Assembly: GCF_001194135.2 (NCBI RefSeq) | Contig: NC_068986.1 | Coordinates: 15,517,349 to 15,581,348 of the forward strand | Origin: Octopus bimaculoides | Taxonomy: Eukaryota | Direction of reading: 5' to 3' | Length of the DNA: 64,000 nucleotides | Part shown: positions 26,512 to 40,208 of the stretch, one piece after another | How the letters are laid out: each line of letters begins with the position of its first letter | Numbering within the stretch: position 1 is the first letter of the stretch | Position numbers and translations under genes: made by a program | The notes under the pieces: model-generated | What the model was told of the DNA's origin: nothing | Database searches by the model: none | The model's input: the letters and a program-made list of their open reading frames with translations, nothing else

Positions 26512-27067
26512 CAGAGATTCTCAAACTTTTTCCGGCCACCGCTCCCCTCAAGGCAACATAATAACCTCAGCGCCCACACTTCTATTTTTATGTATAAATA
26601 AATATTTTATATTTTACTAATTTATATATACTATGAATCATTTAGTATTTGATTTAATATTATGTTATTTGTATAAAATACAGTTCTAAATTTAAGAGAT
26701 GAGGCATTATGTACATTATTTACGTTTGACGGATATTTTGTCCGCATCTTGTTTGTTGAAGCTGATATACCCTCCAGCCTTCATCAGGTGTCTTGCGGAA
26801 ATTTCGAACTGAAGGCTGGAGGATATATCAGCCGAAACGTTGTTTTAACAACAAACAAGTTGAGGACAAATATCCGTCAAATATAAATAATGTTGTATAA
26901 AATACAATAATAATGTAATAAATTCATAGCGTCCCCCAATCCACTACCTCCATTCCAATGCCTCCTTTTTCTCTATAGCCTCCCCTGCATCATCCCTTAG
27001 ACACCTGCGCCCACTTGGACCCTCACAACGTCCATGGGCTGAAGTAGCACCCATTTTGAGAACTTAC
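26512..27067. mobile_element. hAT-like MITE hosting the hammerhead palindrome
   Basis: Ends CAGAGATTCTCAAAC and TTTGAGAACTTAC; TCTAGCA flanks both sides (26505-26511, 27068-27074). Confidence 0.5.
26683..26892. mobile_element. Short palindromic copy of the same hammerhead element with 14-bp TSD
   Basis: Starts GTTCTAAATTTAAGAGATGAGG like the 57343 copy. TTGTATAAAATACA is duplicated at 26669-26682 and 26893-26906. The left arm keeps CUGAUGA; the right arm keeps GGCUG/CAGCC-GAAACGUU. Confidence 0.85.
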
Positions 27068-27824
27068 TCTAGCATGTTGTTTTATCTGAGACGTTGTCTT
27101 GAAACCAAACGATTACAGCGCGGACAACACATATTTGATTTTCGAAAACACTCAAGAATTGTTCACTTAAACGATTACTACCTGGCACCAGAGTCTTCTT
27201 CGCATTAATTGGGCCTTGGTACAGAAAGTCGTAGTAGGCGCCATGAACATTTTGACACCAGACAATAAATGGATCAAGTGAGGTTAGCAGCATTTGTACG
27301 ATTTTGAACGGCTATTTTATTCCTCGCTGAAATTGTACAAGAAATGTTTGGTCCGTATTAGCAATAAATATATAGAAAATAGAGTGTATTTTGCGTATTT
27401 CGATAACTTCGTATGTCGCTTTTATAAGGATATGGTGATGTTGAAATATTGGTTTCTGTCTTCCTAGATCAAGAAACAGACAAGAATATATCTTTATCCG
27501 ACCACCAGGGACCATTCCCAGTAAATAATATCTTTTTCCTTTTGTTTCATTTGTCATTGGTTTTCGAACATTCTTCGTAGTTTACTTGAACAAACCGGCC
27601 CCTTCCATACAGTACCTAATTTTGTTGAGCCAAATAATTATGTTATCTTTCTCTTTTGTCATACCGGTTGTCAAACATTGGGGAGGGGAATAAAAACACA
27701 AGGTCACACACAAACACACATACACACCACCATCCATGCTTGCGTCAATATACATAGATGCATGTGTGCATGTATACAAGGGATGCTTGTGTGTGTTGCG
27801 GGCGCGTATGTGGATATATATACA

Positions 27825-27898
<74 letters not shown>

Positions 27899-28739
27899 TT
27901 GTATGTATATGGAACAATATAGGTGTGTTGTTATAAGAGGTAAAAAAGGGAGAAAACAAAGGACTTTTCATTAAATTCATGTAATTCCTATGATTTTGAT
28001 TTTACTACTTTTCGGAAAATCTTTCAAAAAAAAAAACAAAAAGAGAAAATTATATTATGACGTCACAAGAACAGCAGAAATTTAGTAGGAGAAATTTAAC
28101 GGAGTGAATGTAATTTATATCTTTCATTCGAAAAAGATTTCTACTGCTTCTATCACGACGCCTTGTATCCGACAGCTGAGAATTCTAAATTAAATTATTA
28201 CCCACAATCCGTCTTTCAATGTTACACTTATAAAGGAATGGAAATTGTGTTGTAATTTTTCTTTTCTATATAGTTAACATAATGTTTTTCTATTACGGAT
28301 GATAAGTTACCGAATGTTCTGAATGGTAAGTAAGGATTTTAGATTCTGCATTGAATATAATCTTCCCACGTAGTGAGACGTTGTATTTAGTATATTGTGA
28401 AATGAAATATTTTAAGACTTTTTGTTTCTCATTAGCAGATAGTAGTGGGATTAACAATTGTGGGAAGAGAAATGACTGGGTTTATTGAAAGTATATATGC
28501 TAATCCCATCTGTGGGCATGTTTGTATGTGTGCGTGTGTGTGTGTATGTGTGTGTGAGTCTGTGTGTGTGTTTTATTCTGAATGTTCTCTTAATTGAATA
28601 AATTAACGTTGCATGAATTATGACACAGGCATATATAATTCACGTCTGTCTGTCTGTCTGTCTGTGTTGCTCTCTCTCATTCTCTGTCTCTCACTCACTT
28701 TGTCTCTCTCTCTCACTCTCACTCTCTCATATACGCATA

Positions 28740-28935
28740 CTCTTTTATTCTTTCACTTGTCTTAGTCATTTGACTGCGGCTATGCTGGAGCATCGCATTC
28801 GGAAGAGCAAATCGTGTCCAGTACTTATTCATTGTAAGCCTAGTAATTATTCTATCGCTTATCTTGTGCCAAAACGCTAGGTTACGAGGACGTAAAAACA
28901 CCAGTATCGGTTGTCAAGCGATGTCGGGAGGACAA
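28740..28935 (-). mobile_element. SINE family A 3' half
   Basis: Reverse complement matches the 3' half of the 51188 copy (CGCTTGACAACCG..GATAGAATAA..CAGCATAGCCGCAGTC). Confidence 0.75.
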
Positions 28936-29103
28936 ACACACACACAAACATACACACACGCACAAACACACACACATATCTTTTTATCTTTTACTTGCTT
29001 CACCGGATTACTCATATGTGTATATACATTTATAGATATATATTAATATATATATATATGCGTGTGTGTGTATGTGTATATATNNNNNNNNNNNNNNNNN
29101 NNN

Positions 29104-29147
<44 letters not shown>

Positions 29148-29192
29148 TTTATATATTTATACATATGTGTATATATGTACATAATATATATG

Positions 29193-30445
29193 TACGATGG
29201 TTGCCTGAAAATTTGACGAAGTCACTCTCATGGAATGAGACTAAACATGGTTTATTTTAAAACATAGTCCCCATGCATTCCACACTCTTCTTCCATGGCC
29301 GTTGTAGTACCTGGATCTCATTGGTAAAGACGCTTTCACCATGTTAGTCAAAAACCTCATGAACAGCAGATATGATGTCATGTTCATTGTCATAGTGTTT
29401 CAAAGAAGTGTTTTCTTTTCCTTTCATGTTGGGGAACTGATTACACTCAGAGAGGCCAAATCAGGAGAATAAGGAGCTGATGAATCAGTTCAAAGTCACT
29501 GTCCTGCACAGCAGCCACTGAAAGCAATATCGTGAGTGTTGATCTGATGAACGAAACACTTTTTGTCAATTTTCATGGGAGTTTTTGTTCATGATAGCCT
29601 TTCGTAACTAGCTCAGCAAGTTTGCATAGTACCCTTCACTGATGATGTTGCCCTGTTGAAGACATGTATTAACTAACCACAATGGCTTTTGTATCTGAAA
29701 ATACTGAAACCATCACCTCCCCCACAGATGGAGAGTTTTCTTTGGATCAGGAGAGAAGACGTGTTTCCATTTCATCAATTGTCTCGTTGTCTTTGGCTTC
29801 AAGTCATGAATCCAACACTGGTGCTGGCTTAGGAAAAGTCTGACACGCTTTCAGATTTTCCCGTGATGCATCAGCCTGGTTATGCTTTGGATTAATTGTG
29901 AGATAACTTGACAAACATACTGAGCAGAAACCTTTGTCATATTAAGTTCATTGTGCAGAATGATCTGAAGTTTCTCATAGGATATGCTTTTAGCACTGAC
30001 TATTTGATTTATAGTCAATTGCCTCTCCTCCATTAATATCTCATAATCACGATCAATGTCCTCTTCGGTGGTGGCAGTTGTAGAAACTCCAGATCATGGA
30101 TCATCTTCAAGACTCTACTTTCCTCACCTAAATTTAGCTGCTCACTTTTGCTTTGTTGATAAAGCTGGGAAGTCATTCCCTAATGTAGCAACCGTATATG
30201 TCCTTGACGGTTGAACCGTTTTTCTGCATGTATTTGATGCCAGCAGGATGCCAAATGGTGTCCGTTTTTTTTCTTCTGTCCAAGAGAGAAGTCGTTATTA
30301 GTTACTTTCGGTTACTTTCGAAGTCTTCTTTGAACAGTCAGTTTTCAGTTTACCTGGAAAATATCAGAGCCGTTATTAATGAGAAGGGCTGAAATTAATT
30401 CATACAAGATTTAACATCTCTAACATCAGTCTTCCGTAGTCAATC
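29193..30445 (-). mobile_element. Near full-length decayed mariner element
   Basis: Left end TACGATGGTTGCCTGAAAA. Minus strand gives IKYMQKNG..SLEDDP*SG..EERQLTINQI..ILHNELNMTKVSA (N-terminal part) and APYSPDLA (C-terminal part), with many stops. Right TIR not recognisable. Confidence 0.8.
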
Positions 30446-30454
30446 TTTTAAAAA

Positions 30455-30622
<168 letters not shown>

Positions 30623-30725
30623 GTAACATACATGAAAATATAAATATTATTAAAACAATATTAATTTCGAGGAAGAATAAAGCAACATATAGGTGGAATT
30701 ATAAATATATAAATCAGAATTTACC

Positions 30726-31022
30726 CGAAGTACGGCCATTGCTAGAAATAGCAGCCGGTAAGTTTACGGCGCTATGTAGAGCTTCACTGAATATTTACAG
30801 GCAGAGATGTGTGCAGGCGATGAATATAGGAACATTCTGACGTAACCTCTACGGAGACCGTAGTTTGAAACTGCATCATCGAGTTATCCTGTATTCCTCT
30901 AACGGTGTCCGTAGAAGCAAGACAGAATTTTCCTACATTCACCGCCCTCACACATCTCTGCCTGTAAATATTCAGTGAAGCTCTACTTACTGGCTGCTAT
31001 TTCTAGCATTGATCGCACTTCG
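30726..31022. repeat. ~300-bp fold-back (MITE-like) element
   Basis: Arms of ~110 bp, including GTAGAGCTTCACTGAATATTTACAGGCAGAGATGTGTG and its exact reverse complement; nested CTACGG-NNN-CCGTAG hairpins near the centre; TA-rich flanks. Confidence 0.9.
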
Positions 31023-31927
31023 TGTACACCTGCTTTATATATATATATATATATATAAATATATATACCTTCATTTGGACATTGCCAAATTCTTATATTA
31101 TTCGTTATTACATATTTACCAATCACGTTTTGTTGCCGAGTGAGTCTACTAAAAACTATAAACCACGGCTTAACACAATTTTATGAGCTTCCAACTTTGT
31201 TCTAATAAACTATTATTATTTGAAGATATATGCATGCAAGAGCTAATTGTTATAATATTTCTTTCAATACACAATTTAGTTTAATGCGATGAGAAAACAA
31301 TTGTAATGCTATTCAATTAATTTTCATTATTTCAATATTCTGAAAAGGAGTCCATTACGAGGTCAAATCAATCAATACCAACAGTTTAATACGATAAATT
31401 AAAGAGAGAGATACAATAGATTCAATAAAATATATTTTATTGCACAGTTCATTATATAAATGTTGAAATATTTGTATAATAACGTCACGCTGGCCTGAGG
31501 TGTCTTTTAAAGACCGTGACCTTCTTGGTTGTTCTTCATATATATTCAATGGTCCGGTAGACAGCAAGATAAGAAATGGACAATGCCGATTGTCTGTAAG
31601 CAGCATAGCATTACCATGATATTTCACGCAACATATATGCTAAGTAAGTAAGAATTTTAACTATTTTAGCTTCAACTCCGAAACCAGTCTGCGTTTCGCT
31701 GGAAACGGTTGTCATAAGATTAAATAAAGGCAGGAAAGGTTGTTACTAGTTTTATTCTGTAAAAGAAATAAATTAATATATGCGTGTATATGCGCAGATA
31801 TCTTAATTATTTCTTTATTTTATTAAACCACATTACGTACGTACGAATGAATGTATTTACATAAACATTCTTTCATACATGCTTACATTCTTCCATATAT
31901 ATGTTTTTGTATCTGTGCACGCGCGAG

Positions 31928-31961
<34 letters not shown>

Positions 31962-31979
31962 TGTATGTATGTATGTATG

Positions 31980-32030
<51 letters not shown>

Positions 32031-32785
32031 NNNNNNNNNNNNNNNNNNNNNNNNNNNNNNNNNNNNNNNNNNNNNNNNNNNNNNNNNNNNNNNNNNNNNN
32101 NNNNNNNNNNNNNNNNNNNNNNNNNNNNNNNNNNNNNNNNNNNNNNNNNNNNNNNNNNNNNNNNNNNNNNNNNNNNNNNNNNNNNNNNNNNNNNNNNNNN
32201 NNNNNNNNNNNNNNNNNNNNNNNNNNNNNNNNNNNNNNNNNNNNNNNNNNNNNNNNNNNNNNNNNNNNNNNNNNNNNNNNNNNNNNNNNNNNNNNNNNNN
32301 NNNNNNNNNNNNNNNNNNNNNNNNNNNNNNNNNNNNNNNNNNNNNNNNNNNNNNNNNNNNNNNNNNNNNNNNNNNNNNNNNNNNNNNNNNNNNNNNNNNN
32401 NNNNNNNNNNNNNNNNNNNNNNNNNNNNNNNNNNNNNNNNNNNNNNNNNNNNNNNNNNNNNNNNNNNNNNNNNNNNNNNNNNNNNNNNNNNNNNNNNNNN
32501 NNNNNNNNNNNNNNNNNNNNNNNNNNNNNNNNNNNNNNNNNNNNNNNNNNNNNNNNNNNNNNNNNNNNNNNNNNNNNNNNNNNNNNNNNNNNNNNNNNNN
32601 NNNNNNNNNNNNNNNNNNNNNNNNNNNNNNNNNNNNNNNNNNNNNNNNNNNNNNNNNNNNNNNNNNNNNNNNNNNNNNNNNNNNNNNNNNNNNNNNNNNN
32701 NNNNNNNNNNNNNNNNNNNNNNNNNNNNNNNNNNNNNNNNNNNNNNNNNNNNNNNNNNNNNNNNNNNNNNNNNNNNNNNNNNNNN

Positions 32786-32821
<36 letters not shown>

Positions 32822-34831
32822 TGTGTGTATATGTATGCATATATGGGTACAGGACTTCACCAACAGTAACCAACATGAAATACGAAAACAAATGAGTTAA
32901 ACACTTAAATGAGAGAGAGAAAAAAATGGAAAACAAGACAAGTAACACAAAGAATACATAGAACGATTGTTCATCAGTTGTCGGCTGTCTATCTACACAT
33001 ACACAAGTACACATCTATTATACCTGCATATAATCACTCACGTCCCAATATTTGTCGTGTATTTAATGGGCAACATTATTTTATTAGAAACGACGGAAAA
33101 TAGTCTCACCACGTTAGTGGAATCTATTCCTTGACAGATATAATTATTTAATGATATTTCTAATTAAACACAAACTGTTGTTTATTTTCTTTTCAGTGCA
33201 GACATGTCTTGCAAATGGAATTTTAAGAACGTAATATTGTGCATTTAATTTGACTGATTACAATATATTGGGTTTTTATGAATTTGAAAACGAATTTTCG
33301 TAAATTTATAGAGACTTATGACGTCATAGATAAAATTACGGAACAACAGTGGATTCGAATTAATTACATTTTATTTCATCGCTATTGTGTCTTAATGGCA
33401 GTCTGCTGTGTCATTTAAAAAGCTGCAACCTCTCATTTATTCTTCACATCTTCAATGCCTGAACAAACACCAACAATGTGACTATACATTGTTTGTGGAT
33501 TGTAATGAATATAACTTGATGATGTTTCACCGAAAATATCCGATTGGTAAGTAAGGACTCGTGAGTTTGCAATGAAACCAATCTATTTATATAGAAAATT
33601 ATGGTCTGTCTATTCATTGTTGAATGGGACATTGTTTGATTAAGTCATCTGGCGTTAGATTTATATAAGCATTTGTTAGATTTGTTGGAAATTGGCAATA
33701 TCTATGATATTAATTTATAAGAGGGGTTATGAAGAAGAAAAGAAGAAACTGCGGAGGCACTCTATATTTTTCTAGTAGAAATGAATAAATATATGAGTGT
33801 TTATAGAATATGGGATGAAACTGTAAAATTCTAATTTGTTTTTTTTTTAACATGTAAAACTATATAAAGTACGAGCGGGAATACATGTATCTATCTATCT
33901 ATTCATCTATCTATCTGTCTGTCGGCTGGGTGGGCTCATTAACGTCGATTTGAATAAACCCCTTGTATTATCAAGTCTGTTTACAATGAAAAACGAAAGT
34001 TATTAATTCATATCACGATTTCACCAGTCAAAGGCCTTCTGGTTGTCAAATTGATGGTGTGTTTAGCAGTCTATATTAGGTACATGGGAATATAAAAAAG
34101 AAACACCAAAACATGGAACCTACTGAGCATCATACCACGTATGAGGACGGAACTGCATAACGTTCGCTTCGGGAATGTCGTAAGCGTGTAAAGAGATCTA
34201 ATATGTTTACCTCAGCTGTCTTTGCAGGGAGGGATTAAACATCAAGACAGACAACTAGATGAATACAGGACATAAATTGAAAGTGGTTGAGAGAAAAAAT
34301 GCAAATCACAACTGAAAGGGAAAACACAATAAGAAACTACCCACGAAAAATAAATAGATTTCAATAGCTGCTACTTGTTTAAACATTTAGCATTTAAACT
34401 GGCTGTATCCGAACCAAATATGTTACCTCATTATTTTCAAACCGGTCAGATCAGGCTCCTTGAAAACAAACGAACACATCATCTCAAAGCTGCAATATAA
34501 TGCACGATTAGCTGGAAACAATGGGATTAAGTAAGCAGTAAATTTGAAAAAAAAAAAAATTCTGAATGTTAAAGGATTAAAGACATATTTACAAAATAAT
34601 ATTTTTGACGTGGTTTTTGCATGACACCAAAAATTTTGAAAGCAATGTTTCAGTGAGCGTTCCTAATAGTAGAATAGTAAAATGAAATAAGTTCCGTCAA
34701 CATTACAGTTTCGTGTCCTACGACTTGTTATGCCGGATAAATGGTTTCCATTACTTATAACGGACTGAAAAATTAAACACTCTATTCAATTACACCTGGA
34801 GAGGAGCAACGTGAAATATAGCATACATACA

Positions 34832-34865
<34 letters not shown>

Positions 34866-34879
34866 GCATACATACATAA

Positions 34880-34912
<33 letters not shown>

Positions 34913-34960
34913 ATAGAGTTATTAATATTTCTAAGTCTCTCTTATATATATATATACATA

Positions 34961-35187
34961 CAGTGTTGGACTGGGTTTAAAAATGTTGGCAGCAGCCAGC
35001 AGACTGAGGGGGCCTGCCCACTACTACAAGGGGCCCACCCACAATTAAAATACTATAATTTAATGATTTTTTTCGGTTAAATGTGTTTCTTTCAACTGTC
35101 TAGAAACACACACAGGCGGAAATAATTAATGCATTATTCCAGAGATGAATAAAAATATTCTCAAACTTGAGGGGATGGGCTCCTTAG
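34961..35187. mobile_element. Possible DNA-transposon/MITE left end running into a gap
   Basis: GC-rich CAGTGTTGGACTGGG..GGGGCCTGCCC..GGGCCCACCC start after a TA tract; partner end not visible. Confidence 0.3.
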
Positions 35188-35550
35188 NNNNNNNNNNNNN
35201 NNNNNNNNNNNNNNNNNNNNNNNNNNNNNNNNNNNNNNNNNNNNNNNNNNNNNNNNNNNNNNNNNNNNNNNNNNNNNNNNNNNNNNNNNNNNNNNNNNNN
35301 NNNNNNNNNNNNNNNNNNNNNNNNNNNNNNNNNNNNNNNNNNNNNNNNNNNNNNNNNNNNNNNNNNNNNNNNNNNNNNNNNNNNNNNNNNNNNNNNNNNN
35401 NNNNNNNNNNNNNNNNNNNNNNNNNNNNNNNNNNNNNNNNNNNNNNNNNNNNNNNNNNNNNNNNNNNNNNNNNNNNNNNNNNNNNNNNNNNNNNNNNNNN
35501 NNNNNNNNNNNNNNNNNNNNNNNNNNNNNNNNNNNNNNNNNNNNATATAT

Positions 35551-35581
<31 letters not shown>

Positions 35582-35614
35582 TAGATATATATATATAAAT
35601 GGACCTAATCGGAG

Positions 35615-35759
35615 GTGTTATTCAAATTCTTTTACTTCCGACACGTGCTTCGAAGATATCACAAATATTATTCCAGAGGAATAAAATGGCGTATTCTTTG
35701 GAATATCACCAGTGATATCTTCGATACATGTTTCGAAAGTAAAAGAATTTGAATAACAC
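35615..35759. repeat. Fold-back element with 48-bp arms (about 5 mismatches) and additional inner pairing
   Basis: GTGTTATTCAAATTCTTTTACTTCCGACACGTGCTTCGAAGATATCAC versus the reverse complement of GTGATATCTTCGATACATGTTTCGAAAGTAAAAGAATTTGAATAACAC. Confidence 0.9.
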
Positions 35760-35936
35760 GTGTGTTTAACTCTATTTATTTATTTATATGTATTATACAA
35801 AATATTTCACGCAAACCCGGAGTTTCTACATTTAAAAAGATGGAGTTACGCCCGTTTTACTAGTGTGATTCTTTGCTACCCTGGTAACTATTTATCTATT
35901 TTTCCGTGTTAATTGTTAACAAGGGAAATACACACG

Positions 35937-36008
<72 letters not shown>

Positions 36009-36402
36009 NNNNNNNNNNNNNNNNNNNNNNNNNNNNNNNNNNNNNNNNNNNNNNNNNNNNNNNNNNNNNNNNNNNNNNNNNNNNNNNNNNNNNNNNNNNN
36101 NNNNNNNNNNNNNNNNNNNNNNNNNNNNNNNNNNNNNNNNNNNNNNNNNNNNNNNNNNNNNNNNNNNNNNNNNNNNNNNNNNNNNNNNNNNNNNNNNNNN
36201 NNNNNNNNNNNNNNNNNNNNNNNNNNNNNNNNNNNNNNNNNNNNNNNNNNNNNNNNNNNNNNNNNNNNNNNNNNNNNNNNNNNNNAACTGTGGTTTAGTT
36301 CCTGTTTTTAAGGCAGGAACTCCTTGAAATTTTGGGTAATTGAGTAGATTTATGAATTTAAGGAATGGAGAAAACGCATGTTATAATTGCATACTTTAAA
36401 TT

Positions 36403-36448
<46 letters not shown>

Positions 36449-37290
36449 CATACACACACACTCACACACATATATGCATATGTATTTATATGATGATACA
36501 CAGATATATAAGTATATACATATATATATATATATATGTATATTCATATATACATATATACATTAATTTATAAGTGTGTGTGTGTTGGTATGAATGTAAT
36601 GTATGTTTATCGATAGGTATCGAAAAAACCGAAAATGATAACTTTTTTAAACAAAACAAATGTTTGACACTACGCCTAATTTGCTTTCTTACCCAATTAA
36701 TATTTGACTTCTTTATTTTATATGTGTATGTAGACTTAAGTATACCACCATAGTTTTTTTCTCTCTCTCTGTCTGTCATTCATTCCCTCCCTCCTTATAT
36801 ATGTGTGTGTATGTGTGTGCTTCCATTTGTGTGGGTGTATTTAAAATATTTGCATGTACATACAATAATACAATATATATATGTGTATTTATATATATAT
36901 ATATATATATATNNNNNNNNNNGTATGTGTGTGCTTCCATTTGTGTGGGTGTATTTAAAATATTTGCATGTACATACAATAATACAATATATATATGTGT
37001 GCCTGTGTGTGCGTGCGTGTGTGTGTTTGTATGTGTGTGTGTGTGTGTGTGTTTATATATTATATATATGCATACATACATAGGCAGATATATAAATGCA
37101 CCACCCCATAAATCTATATATATATATATATATTTATATATCGCATTTTTCTATTAATTTATGTATGAATTTCTGTCGGTGCAAAGCGTGTTAAAACAAA
37201 TATATTCAGTTACACTATGATGTCAACCATATTATGGCCGGTGATCACATTATAGATCATATATTACAACAACTATATATGTTTACTTCG

Positions 37291-37556
37291 AACCCTTCTA
37301 TTGGTAATAAGATACATTTCATGCATTATTAATCAGGCACGAATTGCTGAAGCGCAAAATCACATTGAATATAAAGCGTGGTTTTTAATAGAGAGCGGTG
37401 TCCATTTTGTTTTCTAAAGATAACAACACAAATTATACTGTCTTTGATGACTTCTAAACTACATTTTAGTAGCGATATTTCGCCTCTTTTACACCGATTG
37501 AAAAATTATGACTATTTAACGGGACATATCGAAAATCGAAAGATAGTGTATATGTG
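37291..37556 (+). repeat. Diverged direct repeat, copy 1 (copy 2 at 40776-41052)
   Basis: Shared AACCCTTCT..GGTAATAA..ATTTCATGCATTATTAATC..ACGAATTG.TGAAGCGCAAAATCA.ATTGA and TTTAACGGGACA. Confidence 0.8.
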
Positions 37557-37780
37557 TTTTCTGTTATTGAGAAAGATTGTAAATGATCGAGTAACGGTTT
37601 AGTGTTTATAAAAAGAAATAGATAGAAACGGAAAAAAAGAAAAGGAAAACAGGACAGATAACGGGCAAAGAGAGAAAGAGAGATTACTTTCTCTCGGCTA
37701 CTTTGTCAGTGAAGCGAAGAGACAAATGGAGATAGAAATAGCGACAAGGAGGGAGAGAACAGTATGTGTGTGTTTGTTTT

Positions 37781-37826
<46 letters not shown>

Positions 37827-37945
37827 CAAAGAAAGAGAGAGGGTAACCAAGTACCTAATGAAGAGAACAATTTCAAGAGAAAGAGTGAAAAACATAGTAG
37901 TCTTCGATGATAAGCATGCACCGATCTATCTATCTATCTATCTAA

Positions 37946-38006
<61 letters not shown>

Positions 38007-38111
38007 AACATACTCTGCTTACAGCACCAATTCTTGCCATTTTCTTATTCTCATGTGCACTAACATGTCTACTCATATAGTTATATAGATATAAAGACAC
38101 ACACACATTCA

Positions 38112-38220
<109 letters not shown>

Positions 38221-39223
38221 CAATATATGAGTATATGCATATATATGTACATGTATGTATATACGTTCATCTACATGTATATATAGATACATAACTGGGT
38301 ACATAACGTGGCAAAAGATCAATGACATATATATATATATAAATAGGCACATAGACACATACACGCCTACTAATACACACACATTTATTAGTTTATTGCA
38401 TGCATGAATACTCTTTGTTGAGAGACCGACTATTGAAAGCAGAATCAAACAAAGCCTCGTAAATTAATATTCCCAGAGACTAGAGATGTTGTGTATGAAA
38501 TTTATTTTGAGAAACACTATAGCGGCCAATTTCAATCCANNNNNNNNNNNNNNNNNNNNNNNNNNNNNNNNNNNNNNNNNNNNNNNNNNNNNNNNNNNNN
38601 NNNNNNNNNNNNNNNNNNNNNNNNNNNNNNNNNNNNNNNNNNNNNNNNNNNNNNNNNNNNNNNNNNNNNNNNNNNNNNNNNNNNNNNNNNNNNNNNNNNN
38701 NNNNNNNNNNNNNNNNNNNNNNNNNNNNNNNNNNNNNNNNNNNNNNNNNNNNNNNNNNNNNNNNNNNNNNNNNNNNNNNNNNNNNNNNNNNNNNNNNNNN
38801 NNNNNNNNNNNNNNNNNNNNNNNNNNNNNNNNNNNNNNNNNNNNNNNNNNNNNNNNNNNNNNNNNNNNNNNNNNNNNNNNNNNNNNNNNNNNNNNNNNTT
38901 TATATATATATACAGAAAGAAACAGGGTGGGGGGAGATAAAGGCACAGAGAGCGAGGGAAAGAGAGGGACAGAGAATGAGAGACAGGTAATATATTTAAG
39001 CAAATGAAATTTAATATTACACTATATGTAGGTTAATATCTTTAGACGGGATATATTCGTGAAGATATAAAAATATACTTGCATATTGGTTGTGTCAATT
39101 TTGCATTGTATTTGCCTCACATCTGTGTCTTATGCGATATCTTTTTATCTTTTGAATAAGAGAATTTAGAATGGGTGACACATGTGAAAATATTGAAATA
39201 GAGGTAACTATGTGAATAATAAT

Positions 39224-39296
<73 letters not shown>

Positions 39297-40119
39297 TACA
39301 CAATCTTCTCCTTGTAAGCATGTATATTGTTGTTGTTATTATTGTTTCTCAACGAAATATCTTGTACCTTGTTCTTCCATTGATTTGCGTTAACATCCGT
39401 ATATTAATATATCAGAAGGTAATGATGTTTCATTTATCATGTTTACATTCTTCGTTTCAAATCAGTATGTAATTAATCTTAATATGTTTAATATATTCTT
39501 AAACAATATATATTTCTGCCTCAATCACCACTTGTTCTTTATTTTCACCTTCTACTGTTAGTTAAGCAAATTCTTCCTAGTAATGCTACACTGGTTGTTG
39601 TTCGTACCATTGGTAGATTCAACAAAGTATTTCCGATCTTTTCCTTGTAAGGGTGCACATAATTTTTATTATTATTATTTCTTCACTAAATATCCTGTAC
39701 CTTGTTTTACCATTAACTTGCATTATTATCCGTATAATAATATAATAAATTACTAGGCTATGATGGTTCATTTATTTTTTATATTTACTTTCTTCACTTT
39801 ATATTAGTATGTCATTAGTTTTTTTCCTTAAGGAGAACATTATTTTATATTTGATTAACTCTCTAGGTTCTCTCCCTTCGTCCACTTTTGATTTAGCGAT
39901 TAGCTTACAACTTTACTACTTTACTGTGATCTATTTTGCCCTCCACCCCCCCATTTCAATCATTTAATTTAAACTTTTAGTATAACATTTACAGCCCCCT
40001 CCCTTTAAAACTCTATGTAAACAAGCGTTCTTACTTCTAACGGTCACTTACTTGGCCGTGTAATATTATAACTCGTAAGTTATCTCATCATTTCGCAGTT
40101 GTCTTGCTTTTATATGTTG

Positions 40120-40208
40120 GTTCCCTGACGATGAATATATGTGGAATTCCAGCAGCTCTTACTTCTTTGGAGTAGAGTACACATATATTTTGAAACATGT
40201 GTAGGAAT
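40120..40208 (+). ncRNA. Type I hammerhead ribozyme motif with long stem II
   Basis: GUUCC CUGACGA (40125-40131), stem II GAAUAUAUGUG/CACAUAUAUUU enclosing a further hairpin, GAAA (40192-40195), self-complementary ACAUGUGU, GUA triplet (40201-40203), stem I partner GGAAU. Confidence 0.65.

Noticed and set aside
27069-27620. Higher-complexity segment with two short minus-strand ORFs
   Set aside because: No recognisable domain in any frame and frequent stops; a BLASTX search would be needed.
36808-37000. ~80-bp exact direct duplication
   Set aside because: The copies flank a tiny N-gap, typical of an unmerged contig overlap or haplotype artefact.
39340-39815. Diverged ~325-bp-period duplication (a similar one at 56812-57200)
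   Set aside because: Old local tandem duplications of AT-rich sequence with no functional signal.
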